Shown: piece by piece, positions 17,256-27,000 of the stretch
How positions within the stretch are numbered: position 1 is the stretch's first letter
Layout: the number at the start of each line of letters is the position of its first letter
Origin: Pseudomonadota bacterium
Lineage (GTDB): Bacteria; Myxococcota_A; UBA796; GCA-2862545
Reading direction: 5' to 3'
Length of the DNA: 43,249 bases
Assembly (NCBI GenBank): GCA_046051915.1
Contig: JBJONI010000357.1
Span: 1-43,249 of the forward strand
Notes under the pieces: generated by a model
What the model was told of the DNA's origin: nothing
Seen by the model: only the letters and a program-made list of their open reading frames with translations
The model's database searches: none
Program-made: the position numbers and the translations under genes

Positions 17256-18188
17256 CTACCAGCGAACCACCCATGCGATCGTCATCAACGCCGCCCCAGT
17301 GCCACCGAGGGCGGCCGACGTCGCCCCAAGCAGGTTGGCCCGGGCCGCGCGCTCGTCGACCTCGGAGGCCGGGGCCGTCGACAGGCCGTCGCGCACCACC
17401 AGGCCGCCCGCGAGGGCCCCAACGGCGCCCGCGAGGAGCGCGCTCGCGACACCGGTGCCCACGGCCCGCGCGACCGCGCGGCGCTCCGCGCGCACGAGAG
17501 ACGGATCCGAGCTCACCGCATACGCCCCGGCGGGCAGCTCCGAGACGGTGACGTGATGCCCCGTGTACGCCACGCCGCCGTCGGGAGACAGCACCTGGAA
17601 CACGAACGCCCGCTCGGCGGGGATCGGCGCATCGCGGGAGCCATCGACGGCCCAGCCGTCCACCGGCCGAACGACGAACGGGTAGGCGCGCCCCGCTGGG
17701 CGCGACATCGCGTCGGCCTCGAGACGCGCGAGCGGATGATCCTTGACCAGCACCGACGTGAGCGGCTCCGTTCCCGGCATCAGGGTGTGCACCGAGACCC
17801 ACGCCCGCCGCGACGCTTCTGCGTCCCCCACCATGTACGCGGTGAGCGCCGCCGCACGGTGCAACACGGCCGCTTCCGACGGCGTCAGCAGCCGGTCGAC
17901 GCACGGCAGGTGGCGTCCCAGCGCGGCGCGGGCCGCTTGCAACGCGTCCGCGTCGAGCGCGCGCCACGCCACCTCCACATCACGTGCGGCGTCGACGGCC
18001 GTGTCCGCCGCCCCCATCGGGCAGACCAGCGCCGGTTCTGCCGCCCACACGCTGGCGATCCACAGCAGCATCGTACCCCCGCCCGCGATGGTACCGCACA
18101 GCGACGCCCGCGGATCACGTCGCGCGCCGACCTTCCCGCCCGCAAACGGCTCGCACCGCCGCGCGGTGCCGGCTACACGGGGTCGCAT
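17256..18188 (-). CDS. Hypothetical membrane protein (Gly/Ala-rich C-terminal TM helices)
   Basis: This is the in-frame part of ORF 17256..18452. ATG 18188 has GGGGAGGG 5 nt upstream but overlaps the start codon of the divergent gene. The alternative start is ATG 18071 (MLLWIASVWAAEP). The C-terminus carries hydrophobic segments (GVASALLAGAVGALAGGLVV, AALGGTGAALMTIAWVV). Confidence 0.45.
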   Translation of the reverse strand: MRPRVAGTARRCEPFAGGKVGARRDPRASLCGTIAGGGTMLLWIASVWAAEPALVCPMGAADTAVDAARDVEVAWRALDADALQAARAALGRHLPCVDRLLTPSEAAVLHRAAALTAYMVGDAEASRRAWVSVHTLMPGTEPLTSVLVKDHPLARLEADAMSRPAGRAYPFVVRPVDGWAVDGSRDAPIPAERAFVFQVLSPDGGVAYTGHHVTVSELPAGAYAVSSDPSLVRAERRAVARAVGTGVASALLAGAVGALAGGLVVRDGLSTAPASEVDERAARANLLGATSAALGGTGAALMTIAWVVRW

Positions 18189-19695
18189 GTCGGCCCTCCC
18201 CCCTCGTCCCCACGTCGTGATCACCGCAGGCGGTACGTCCGAGGCGATCGACGACGTCCGCACGCTCTCGAACCGTTCCACGGGACGCTTGGGGATGGCC
18301 CTCGCCGTCGAGGCGGCCGCGCGCGGCATGCGCGTGACCCTGATCGGCGCAGCACCGCTCGCCGACCACGTCGCGTCGCTCCCCCCATCGGTTCGGTTCG
18401 TCGCGTTCACCGACACCGCCTCCCTGCGTGAAGCCCTCCGACTCCACCTCACGCCCCCGCCCGACGCCGTGTGGATGGCGGCGGCCGTCGCGGACTACCT
18501 CCCCAAGCCGAGCGCCGGAAAGCTCTCGTCAGACGCTGTTCGTCTGGTGGTGGAGGCGGAGCGCGCCGACAAGTTGCTGCCGTGGATCGTCGAACAGGTC
18601 GGCGGCGAACGGGTGATCGGCTTCAAGCTCCTCTCCGGCGTCTCCGAACACGAGTTGCTCCGCGTCGCGCGCGCCCAACGCACGTCACTCGGGTTGGCGG
18701 CGACTGTCGCCAACGACCTGCAGCGTCTCGGGGACCGCCAGCACCCCGCTTGGTGGGTCGACGCGCAGGGCGCGCGGCCGATCGTCGCGACCCGCGAGAC
18801 GACCGCCGCGCGCTTGCTCGACGCGTGGTGCCCTGAAAGCGCGACGGCGACGCCTTGGGGGCCGGGACGCCTCGCGCAACGGGTCCCGATCGCTCGTCCC
18901 GGTGGCGTGCATCCGCCCCCACGCCCGATCGAACGCGTCGCCCTCGACGGTGCCGACCCGCACGCCGCCGAGGTCGTCGTGGGTCCTGACGGAACGCCGC
19001 GGGGACTCGGCGGTGCGTGCGACGCGGCCCGATGGCGCGCGGCGGGGCCAGGTGCGCTCTACGTGCACGGCGAGGTGGTCGCAACGCGCGAAGCCGAGGC
19101 GTGGCGCCTGCACACCGAGGACACGGGCTGGATCGAGGCCCACGCCCGCGCGCTCGGAGACACGGTCCAGCTGATCGGAGACGCGCGAGGTTGGGCCGAC
19201 CGCGGATGGACGCAAGCCTCGGACGGCCGCTGGACCGCGCCTTGGTCGCGCTCCGACGCGTCACCCGCCGCGAGCGCGCTCGTGGTCGACGTCGCGACGG
19301 GACATGTCCTCGTCGGGATGCGCAAGAAGCCACCGTTGCGGTGGTCGATCCCGGGTGGACGAGGCGAAGCGGGCGAAGAGGCCCCCACGACGGCGGCCCG
19401 CGAACTGTTCGAGGAAACCGGCCTGCGCTTGGACGGCCCGCCGGGACGACCGCGTTGGACGTTCTACCTCGGCGGCCAGCCGGAGCGGCCCCTGTGGCGG
19501 CTGCAGGTGGTCGTTGCCCTGACCCTCGGTCAGGCCGACGTGGTCGAGACGGACGAGTTCGCGCCCATCTGGCTCCCGATCGGGGCCGCGCTGCGCCTCG
19601 ACAACCTCGCGCCGACCGTCCGGCACGTCCTTGCCGACGTCCGCGCGCACCGCGCCGCGGGTGGGTCGTGGCCAGCCCTGCTCACCGAGCCCTAA
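18187..19695 (+). CDS. Fusion protein: CoaB-like (DFP, phosphopantothenate-cysteine ligase fold) N-terminal domain + unknown middle + C-terminal Nudix hydrolase
   Basis: The N-terminal sequence HVVITAGGTSEAIDDVRTLSNRSTGRLGMALAVEAAARGMRVTLIGA....AAAVADYLPKPSAGKL fits the CoaB pattern (ITAGGTxExIDPVRxISNxSSGKMG...AAAVADY). The C-terminus has a perfect Nudix box: GGRGEAGEEAPTTAARELFEETGL (Gx5Ex7REUxEExGU). Confidence 0.75.
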   Translation: MSALPPRPHVVITAGGTSEAIDDVRTLSNRSTGRLGMALAVEAAARGMRVTLIGAAPLADHVASLPPSVRFVAFTDTASLREALRLHLTPPPDAVWMAAAVADYLPKPSAGKLSSDAVRLVVEAERADKLLPWIVEQVGGERVIGFKLLSGVSEHELLRVARAQRTSLGLAATVANDLQRLGDRQHPAWWVDAQGARPIVATRETTAARLLDAWCPESATATPWGPGRLAQRVPIARPGGVHPPPRPIERVALDGADPHAAEVVVGPDGTPRGLGGACDAARWRAAGPGALYVHGEVVATREAEAWRLHTEDTGWIEAHARALGDTVQLIGDARGWADRGWTQASDGRWTAPWSRSDASPAASALVVDVATGHVLVGMRKKPPLRWSIPGGRGEAGEEAPTTAARELFEETGLRLDGPPGRPRWTFYLGGQPERPLWRLQVVVALTLGQADVVETDEFAPIWLPIGAALRLDNLAPTVRHVLADVRAHRAAGGSWPALLTEP

Positions 19696-21509
19696 ACGCC
19701 GACCTCGGCGAGCCGCTCGATCAGCACGCAGGCCTCTTCCTCTTGGAACGGCTTTCGGAGCATCGTCGGCGAGACCTCCTGCAGGAATGCGAGCATCTCA
19801 GGGCTGGATGCGCCGCCCGAACAGAACGCGATCCGTTGGATCAGCTCAGGCCAGCGCTGCTCCACCGTCCGCCAAAAGCCAGGCCCATCCAAGTTCGGCA
19901 TCTCGAGATCGCACAATACCGCGTCGAAGGTCTCGCCCTCGCTGAGCTTATCGACGGCCTCCTGACCATCGCCCGCCAGCGTGACGTCGTAGCGACGACG
20001 CAGCAGGCGCTGCGCCGACCAAGCGGCCAGCTCGTCGTCCTCGACGATCAGCACCCGGATCTTGCCCTCGCGTACAGCGACGTCCTTGGTCTTGGGGATC
20101 GGGATTCGCAACCGCACCGAGACGCCTTGTCCCGGCACACTCTGAATCGTGAAGTCCCCTTGGAACCTCGCCATCGTGTGACGGACACTGCCAAGGCCGA
20201 TGCCCGTCCCATCGCTGCTGCCGGTCTTGCCTGACGCGAGGAACTGCGCCACGTCGACATGGGGCGGAAACCCGGGTCCGTTGTCCGTGACCCGCAGGAC
20301 AGCGTAGCCATCCTCAACGAGGGTCTCGACCAAAATCTCCCCGTTCGCGCCGCGGTCCTCGCGCCGGGCCAGCGCCTTGAGCGAGTTCGTCAGCAGGTTC
20401 TCGAGGGCTGTGCCGAGGTCGTAGTGGTCGCCGAACACGGTCGGCACGGCGCCAATACGGACCTTGAGGCGCCCAGCGTCCGGCATGCGGCTCCGGAACG
20501 CCGTGCACTTGAGGTCGACGAGCGTCGCGAGCTCAAACGCCTCGAACAAGTTGCGTCGCTGCACGGCACCCTTGCGGTACTTCTCCGCGATGTGGTGGAT
20601 CTCATCGACCATGCCCTGCATCGCGCCGACGGGATTGGGGAGCCGCGGATCAGGCGCGGACCGTCCCGAGAGCAGCTCATCGAGGTAACGCAACGTCCCG
20701 TTCATCGCGTGGATCTTGTTCTTGACGTCGTGCCAGTCCTTGTAGGCCTCGTCGCCGACTTGCGCGAGCGCTTCCTTCTCGGCGAGGTTGGCGTTCGCCT
20801 GTTGCACCCGACGCTCGGCGGAGAGGTCGCGAAGCACCACGAGGCGGGCACGCCCGCCCGCCCACAGGATCGCGCGCGTCCGCACTTCGACGGGGACCTC
20901 GCCGCCGGCGACGCTGCGAACGCTGACCTGCTCCACGACGCCCTCGACGGCTTCGATCAGGGCGCCATCCCCCGGCTGATCCTCGCGAAAACGAACGTGC
21001 AACGTCTCGGCTTTCCCGTTGCGGAACAGGACGCGTCCTGCGAGGTCCAACACGAACAAGGCATCCCGCATCGCCGTGAGGACCGCGCGCATGTTGCGCT
21101 CCGATTCCTCGGCTTGTCGAACGAGATCCCGGCGAAGCATCGCAAGCTGCAGCGCCCGTTGCACGGCGTCGCGCTTGAGGTCGCCCTTGACGAGGTAATC
21201 CGACGCGCCGTGGCGTAGGGCCGCGAGCGCGGTCGTCATCAGCGTTTCACCCGTGAGGATGACGCACGCTGCCCCGGGAACCTCCACCCGCGCGAAGTCC
21301 ACGACCTCGATGCCCGTCGCGTCGGGGAGGGTGAGGTCGACGACGACGAGGTCGAACGCGTCGGCGCCTTCCCGCTCCAGCAACACCCGGGCGTCCGCGA
21401 GCGAAGCCGCGTGCAAGGTCTCCCAATCGGGACCCGAGATCAGGTGCAAGAAGACGCGCGCGTCGACGGGGTTGTCCTCAATGACGAGCAGCTTCTTGCT
21501 CGCAGCCAT
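19692..21509 (-). CDS. Hybrid sensor histidine kinase (REC-PAS-HisKA/HATPase-REC)
   Basis: ATG 21509 follows GGGAGG. The N-terminal receiver is KKLLVIEDNPVDARVF...DLVVVDLTLPDATG. A PAS-like segment (MRAVLTAMRDALFVLDLAGRVLFRN) and an H-box region (DWHDVKNKIHAM) follow. The ATPase G-boxes are VTDNGPGF and GTGIGLGSV. The C-terminal receiver is IRVLIVEDDE...VLCDLEMPNLDG. Confidence 0.85.
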   Translation of the reverse strand: MAASKKLLVIEDNPVDARVFLHLISGPDWETLHAASLADARVLLEREGADAFDLVVVDLTLPDATGIEVVDFARVEVPGAACVILTGETLMTTALAALRHGASDYLVKGDLKRDAVQRALQLAMLRRDLVRQAEESERNMRAVLTAMRDALFVLDLAGRVLFRNGKAETLHVRFREDQPGDGALIEAVEGVVEQVSVRSVAGGEVPVEVRTRAILWAGGRARLVVLRDLSAERRVQQANANLAEKEALAQVGDEAYKDWHDVKNKIHAMNGTLRYLDELLSGRSAPDPRLPNPVGAMQGMVDEIHHIAEKYRKGAVQRRNLFEAFELATLVDLKCTAFRSRMPDAGRLKVRIGAVPTVFGDHYDLGTALENLLTNSLKALARREDRGANGEILVETLVEDGYAVLRVTDNGPGFPPHVDVAQFLASGKTGSSDGTGIGLGSVRHTMARFQGDFTIQSVPGQGVSVRLRIPIPKTKDVAVREGKIRVLIVEDDELAAWSAQRLLRRRYDVTLAGDGQEAVDKLSEGETFDAVLCDLEMPNLDGPGFWRTVEQRWPELIQRIAFCSGGASSPEMLAFLQEVSPTMLRKPFQEEEACVLIERLAEVGV

Positions 21510-21572
21510 GACGCCTCCCGCGGGCGGACCCGCTTGGCGCGAGGTAGCCTGTCGGGACGGAGGGCGGGAGCC

Positions 21573-22055
21573 ATGGGGGCCCAAGCGACGAGGCTGGCGC
21601 TGATCGCCGCGGCGTGTGTTGTCCTTGCGACGCTGCCGATGCCGGTACTTGGGGCCCAGGCGAGCCTCGACGATCCGGAACGCTGCGCGCTGTCGCGCTA
21701 CGTGGTCGTGGGCCGCGTCGCCGGGATCGACACGGTGTGGGCCGCAGCACCCGAATCGGGCCTCGAGCGCCGCGTCCAGTTCGTCGTCGAACGGCAGTGG
21801 AAGGGACCGCGTGTGCAGTGGCTCGAGATCACGCTGCCGGGTGGCGACGACGGCGTGTGGACGCACCGCGTGGAGGACGTGCCGGACCTCACGACCACGG
21901 ACCGCTGGGGCCTGTTCCTGATGTCCACGGCGCGCGGCCTCGAGGTCGTCGGCGGCGGGAGCGGTGCGGTGCCGATCGCCGAGACAGCCGATTGGGGTGC
22001 GGGCGTTCCGGAACGGGCGTTCCGCGCCCGTGCGGCGGTGTGCGGTGCCCGGTAA
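21573..22055 (+). CDS. Secreted hypothetical protein (160 aa)
   Basis: ATG 21573 follows GGAGGGCGGGAG. The signal peptide is MGAQATRLALIAAACVVLATLPMPVLGAQA. I recognise no family. Confidence 0.55.
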   Translation: MGAQATRLALIAAACVVLATLPMPVLGAQASLDDPERCALSRYVVVGRVAGIDTVWAAAPESGLERRVQFVVERQWKGPRVQWLEITLPGGDDGVWTHRVEDVPDLTTTDRWGLFLMSTARGLEVVGGGSGAVPIAETADWGAGVPERAFRARAAVCGAR

Positions 22056-23172
22056 GCGATGGTGGGCCGCCGGCCTCGGTCTCGGTCTCGCCGCTCCGGC
22101 GATGGCCTGGCAGCTTGCGGGCGCAAGTTGGGTCTGGCAGGCCCAACCCGTCGCGACGCCCGTGACGCTGTACGTCGCGAGCTTCGATCCCTCGCTGTTC
22201 GGCGCGCCCTCCGCGGTACGCGACGCCCTGCTGCGCGCCCTCGACGTGTGGAACACCGAGGGGTTCGCGCCCGTCACCCTGTCCTACGGCGGAACCACCA
22301 CGCTCGATTCGTGGACCAGTGACGGGCGGTTCGTCGTGGCGCAGGCCACGACCCCCGCGGCAGGGGCCACGCTGGCGGTGAGCCAAAGCTGGTCCATCGG
22401 CGCCGACCTCGTCGACTGCGACCAACGCGTCTACACGTCCAACGGTCTGGGAAGCATCGCGTGGTCGACGGACCCGACAGGCGCACCGCCCGGTGGGCTC
22501 GACCTGTCGCTGACGTTGGTGCACGAGCTCGGCCACTGCCTCGGCCTCGCGCACAGCGCCGATCCCAACGCGATCATGTACGCGTCGGTCACCACGGGAC
22601 GGGGGTACGCCGACCGCCACCTCCACCCGGACGACCGTGCGGGCTTGCAAGCCATGTACGGGGCGACGCTCAGCACAGCGCCTCGTCTGCACCTCTCGGG
22701 CATGCTCGTTGCTGGACAGGCGGCCACCGCCTCGGTCGACGGCGCAACCCCAGGTGCAGCCGTCCGGTTGGTGCTCGGCCCCGACGGTGTCGGCGCAGGC
22801 CCGTGCCTACGCGCCTGGGCAGGCGCGTGCCTCGACGTGTCCGGCACCCCGCGCACCCTAGGCCTCGGCGTGGCAGACGCGAATGGCCAATGGTCTGGCC
22901 CGTTCAGCGTCCCCACGGTCGCCGCCGGACGACGCGTCGGGCTGCAGGTCGTGACGCGCGATGGCACGGACGTCGTCCTGAGTGAGGCGTGGGAAACGCC
23001 CGTCCTCCCCGCCGGCGCCACGTGCGGCGTCGGCGCCGTCTTCGACTGTAACGGCGTCTGCGCCGATCCCGCGCGACTCGGCGACGGCGCTTGCGACGAC
23101 GGCAGCGGCCCAAGCGGCGCCGACTTCGCCTGCCCCGTGTTCAACGCGGATCAGGGCGACTGTCCCCTATGA
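22045..23172 (+). CDS. Secreted matrixin-family (M10) zinc metalloprotease with a C-terminal Cys/Asp-rich LNR-like module
   Basis: The zinc site and Met-turn read LVHELGHCLGLAHSADPNAIMYAS (HExxHxxGxxHS + Met). GTG 22045 gives the signal peptide VPGKRWWAAGLGLGLAAPAMA. The alternative start is ATG 22102. Confidence 0.8.
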   Translation: MPGKRWWAAGLGLGLAAPAMAWQLAGASWVWQAQPVATPVTLYVASFDPSLFGAPSAVRDALLRALDVWNTEGFAPVTLSYGGTTTLDSWTSDGRFVVAQATTPAAGATLAVSQSWSIGADLVDCDQRVYTSNGLGSIAWSTDPTGAPPGGLDLSLTLVHELGHCLGLAHSADPNAIMYASVTTGRGYADRHLHPDDRAGLQAMYGATLSTAPRLHLSGMLVAGQAATASVDGATPGAAVRLVLGPDGVGAGPCLRAWAGACLDVSGTPRTLGLGVADANGQWSGPFSVPTVAAGRRVGLQVVTRDGTDVVLSEAWETPVLPAGATCGVGAVFDCNGVCADPARLGDGACDDGSGPSGADFACPVFNADQGDCPL

Positions 23173-24064
23173 ACCGCGCGGCCGTTGGGAGCCATCCGAG
23201 AACCTGACGCACCGCGTCGACCGAGAGGCTGTTCCCCACCAACCCCCACCGGCGCGTGGGCGCGATCACGTCCGGCCAAGTTCGTCCTTCGGGGAACCCG
23301 AGCAGCCGAAGGCCTTCCGAGGTCGACAACCGACGCAACACCCCGTTGTCGCGGACGTAGCTCCCCGCGTAGACGGGCGACCGCCCGTACGCGGAGGTGA
23401 AGGTCGCGACGGCAGCGACGGGGTCATCCGCGTCCACGACATGCATCGCGCCGCCAAAGCGGGCCAGGAGGGTAGAGTCGACCGCCGTCTCGGGCGCAGG
23501 GTTTGCGTCGAGGTAGCTCCGAAGCGGACGCCACGCGGCGGTGGGGCGCGTCGCAGGCCGCAGCGGCGCTTGACAGGCGACGAGGTAGAAGCGTCGTCGT
23601 TCCATCGGGATCCCGAGCTCAGTCGGACACGCGACCACCTCTCGCACGTCGTAGCCGAGCGAGGCGAGCGCGGTTCGCACCGCGTCGTGCGCCCTCGAGC
23701 CGACGAACCCCGGCACGTTCTCCATCGCGAACGCCCACGGCCGGGATGCCGTCAACCGTTCGAGCAGCACCAGCAAGGAGCGCGCGCGGGGATCGTCGAG
23801 GTCGCGCTGCGCCCCACGCACGGTGTAAGGCTGACAGGGAGGGCTCGCCCACCACAAGTCCGCCTCGGGCCAGGGCAGTTTGCGGACCTCTAAGTTGCGA
23901 ACCCCGAGCGGCTCGCCCCAAAACGCCTCGTAGGCGGCGGCGGCGACCGCGCTCGTGTCGAACGCGGCGACGACGTGCGCGGCGTCGACCGCGGCCCGGC
24001 AGCCCCCGATACCGGCGAAGAGCTCGAGGACCCGGCCACGGGGACGCGGCTCGCCGAGCGTCAC
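23141..24064 (-). CDS. Dnmt2/TRDMT1-like C5-cytosine methyltransferase (probable tRNA m5C38 methyltransferase)
   Basis: The recognisable motifs are:
- Motif I: RVLELFAGIGG
- Motif IV: ASPPCQPYTVRGAQRDLDDPRARSLL
- Motif VI: ENVPGF
- Motif VIII: GIPMERRRFYLVA
- Dnmt2-type target-recognition motif: TFTSAYGRSPVYAGSYV (compare eukaryotic CFTxxYGxYxEGTGS)
- Motif X: RRLSTSEGLRLLGFPE...RWGLVGNSLSV
The GTG start overlaps the TGA of the upstream giant gene. Confidence 0.85.
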   Translation of the reverse strand: MTLGEPRPRGRVLELFAGIGGCRAAVDAAHVVAAFDTSAVAAAAYEAFWGEPLGVRNLEVRKLPWPEADLWWASPPCQPYTVRGAQRDLDDPRARSLLVLLERLTASRPWAFAMENVPGFVGSRAHDAVRTALASLGYDVREVVACPTELGIPMERRRFYLVACQAPLRPATRPTAAWRPLRSYLDANPAPETAVDSTLLARFGGAMHVVDADDPVAAVATFTSAYGRSPVYAGSYVRDNGVLRRLSTSEGLRLLGFPEGRTWPDVIAPTRRWGLVGNSLSVDAVRQVLGWLPTAARFIGDSRPDPR

Positions 24065-27000
24065 AGGCCGAGCGACAGGTAGACGGTCAACGTGCTGGCG
24101 AGGTTGTTGCCGACGACCAGGTCGTCCCGGCCATCCCCGTCGAGGTCGGAGACGCCGAGCGTCGTGGGGCCGTCGCCGACGTTCAGCACCTGCGGCGCGC
24201 TGAACTGTCCATCGCCAAAGCCCAGCGCGACACCGACCGTGTCCTGCCCTTCGTGGACGGCGGCCAGATCGAGGATGCCGTCGTCGTTGAAGTCCCCATA
24301 CGCGACCTGCCGGGTCGTGTAGGTTCCGCCGCCCGTGGTCATCGGTACGATCTGCACCGCGGCGAACGTGCCAGGTGCGATCGCCTCAAACAACGACACG
24401 TCGCCCGAGGTCTGGTTCGCCGTGATGATGTCGACGAAGCCATCCCGCGTCAGGTCGGTCGCCTCGATCCACACCGGGGAGCGACCCGCCGTCGACGACG
24501 TGGACGTCGTGAGGTTGGTCACGGTCGAGCCGATCGCCGAGGTGGACCGAACGGCGTCGCCGATCCGCACCTCGACGAGGTTGCTCGAAGCGCGGGCGGC
24601 GAGCAAGTCGAGGTCAACGTCGCCGACGACGTTCGCGAGCTTGACCTGATCCGGGAGGTAGCCGAGGTAGAACCCGTAGGTGCTGCCGGTGAGCGTGCCT
24701 GGAGACGACGGCCCTGAGGCGTACATCCAGCTGTAGCTGTAGTCTCCCGTGGCGGCGAGGATGTCGGTGTAGCCGTCGCGATCGATGTCCCCCGCGGTCG
24801 CGAAGTACGGGTCATCGCCGTACGACGACCCGAAGTCGTACGCCGAGCCCGCACTGTAGTCCCCAGCCGTGCGCTTGGTGCCAAGCCATGCGTAGTCGTT
24901 GGTGAAGTCGACGACGATCCAGTCGTCCGCAGGGCCCACGTCGAGCGTCGCCATGTCGATCGACTTGAGGGTGTAGTTGATGTCGATGCCCTGCACCACG
25001 CCCCACACGCCGGTGAGCAGCTGGTAGTGGACGTTGACGTAGTCCGAGACCATCTCGGCCGACACGAGGTCGACGAGGCCGTCCGCGTCGAGGTCGGCCG
25101 CAGCGACGTCGTAGGTGCTGCTGCCGGTCAGGCCGTTGCTGCCCGCATACCAGCCCTGCACGGTGAAGTTGCCGGCCCCGTCGTTGAACAGCACGGCAAC
25201 ATCGTCGGTGCCGCGGTTGGCCACGGCGATGTCGCGGTCGCCGTCGCTGTCGAGATCGACCAACGTCAGCGCCTGCGGCGTCGTGCCGGCATCGCTGGTG
25301 GCCGTCGCGAGCACGAGCCGAACGGGGGACTCGAACGCGGCCCCACCGGCGATGCCGAAGAACACCATCAGGTCGTTCGAGCTCGCGGTCGCGACCACGA
25401 CGTCGGGCTCACCGTCCGCGTCGAGGTCCGCGACCTCCGCATTCTGGGGCGACAGGCCGTTGCCCCCCACCGCAGTGCTGACGGGGATCGGCGCGCCGAA
25501 CGTCCCGCCCGCCTGACCGACGAGGACAACGAAGTCCTGGCTGGTCGAGCACGTGACGATCAGGTCGAGCTTGCCGTCGAGCGTGACGTCGGCGAGGTCG
25601 ATGTCCCTCGGGTCATCGCCGAAGGCGCCCACGCGCGTCGTGTAGGTTTGGGCCGTGCCAAACGTGCCGTTGCCGAAGCCCTGCATGACGCTGACGTTGT
25701 CGCTGCCGGCGTTCGCGACCACCACGTCGAGCAGACCGTCTCCGGTCACATCCCCGAGCGCGAGGCCCTCCGCGGTGGTGCCGAGCGTCGCCGTCGTCGA
25801 GATCGACGTCAGCGCGCCCGTCGCCGAGCCGCGGAACACCTGCACGGTGTTGGCGATCGCGTTGAGGACCGCGACGTCGAGGTTTTGGTCTCCCGTCATT
25901 TCGCCGACGGCGATGTCCAGCGGGCCGTCGCCGGCCGTGTACGTCGTGTTCGCCGCGAAGAACGTTCCGTTCCCCAGCGAGACCGTGATCTGATCGACGT
26001 TGTAGCCGGTCGCGATCAGGTCGGGTCGCCCATCGCGGTTCAGATCCGCGAGCTCGATGTCGTACGTCCCATCGGCGACGGCGCGGAAGTTGTGGCCGAT
26101 CAGGCGGCCGTCGCCGCGGTTGATCGCGGTCGTGACGTCGCCATAGGCCTCGCTCGCGGTGATGACGTCCGGCGCGAAGTCGCCGTTGAGGTCGGCGACG
26201 CGCAGGTAGCGTGGACTGACCCCCACAGCGTTCGTCGCGTCCAGGTCGAGATCGGTGAGCCGCTGGAACGTGAGCGGCGTCGGGATGCAGCCAGCGAAGC
26301 AGTTGGAGCCTTGCAGGCCGTTGAAGCCGCCCGCATCGCACAGCTCGCCGACCTCGACGACGCCGTTGCCGCAGCCGACCGGCACGCAAGAGCTGCTGCA
26401 GCCGTCCCCATCGAGGAGGTTGCCATCATCACACCCCTCGTAGCCCCGGTGCACGAAGCCGTCGCCGCACGCCGCGTACCGGCACAAGCTCGTGCAGGCG
26501 TCGGTCGCGTCGAGGTCTCCGTCGTCACACACCTCCCCCGGATCGACGACGGCGTTGCCGCACGCCTCATCGCTGTCGCACGTGGCGTCGCAGCCGTCTC
26601 CCGAGACGGTGTTGCCGTCATCGCAAAGCTCTTGACCCGCCCAGACGACGCCGTCTCCACACCGCGCAGCCTGACACGCCCGGCAGTTGTCGGTGCTGAC
26701 CGCGTTGCCGTCGTCACAGCCCTCGCCGACGTCGAGGCGACCGTTGCCGCACGACTCGGTCTGGCAGATCGCCGAACAGCCGTCCCCTCCCACGAGGTTG
26801 CGGTCGTCGCAGGTCTCCACGCCGGTACGAACGTAGCCGTCGCCACACGCGGCGGGTCGACACGTCGCCGGGCAGGCATCGGCATTGCTCAGGTTGCCAT
26901 CGTCGCACCCCTCGCCCGCATCGAGCACACCGTTCCCGCAGGACTCGCGCAGGCACGAGGCCGAGCAGCCATCGCCCGCCACGCGGTTGCCGTCGTCGCA

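Noticed and set aside
19692-21509. The hybrid histidine kinase as part of a novel signalling system
   Set aside because: The REC-PAS-HK-REC architecture is common in Myxococcota-like genomes. No partner output regulator or unusual domain is visible, so I report it only as a feature.
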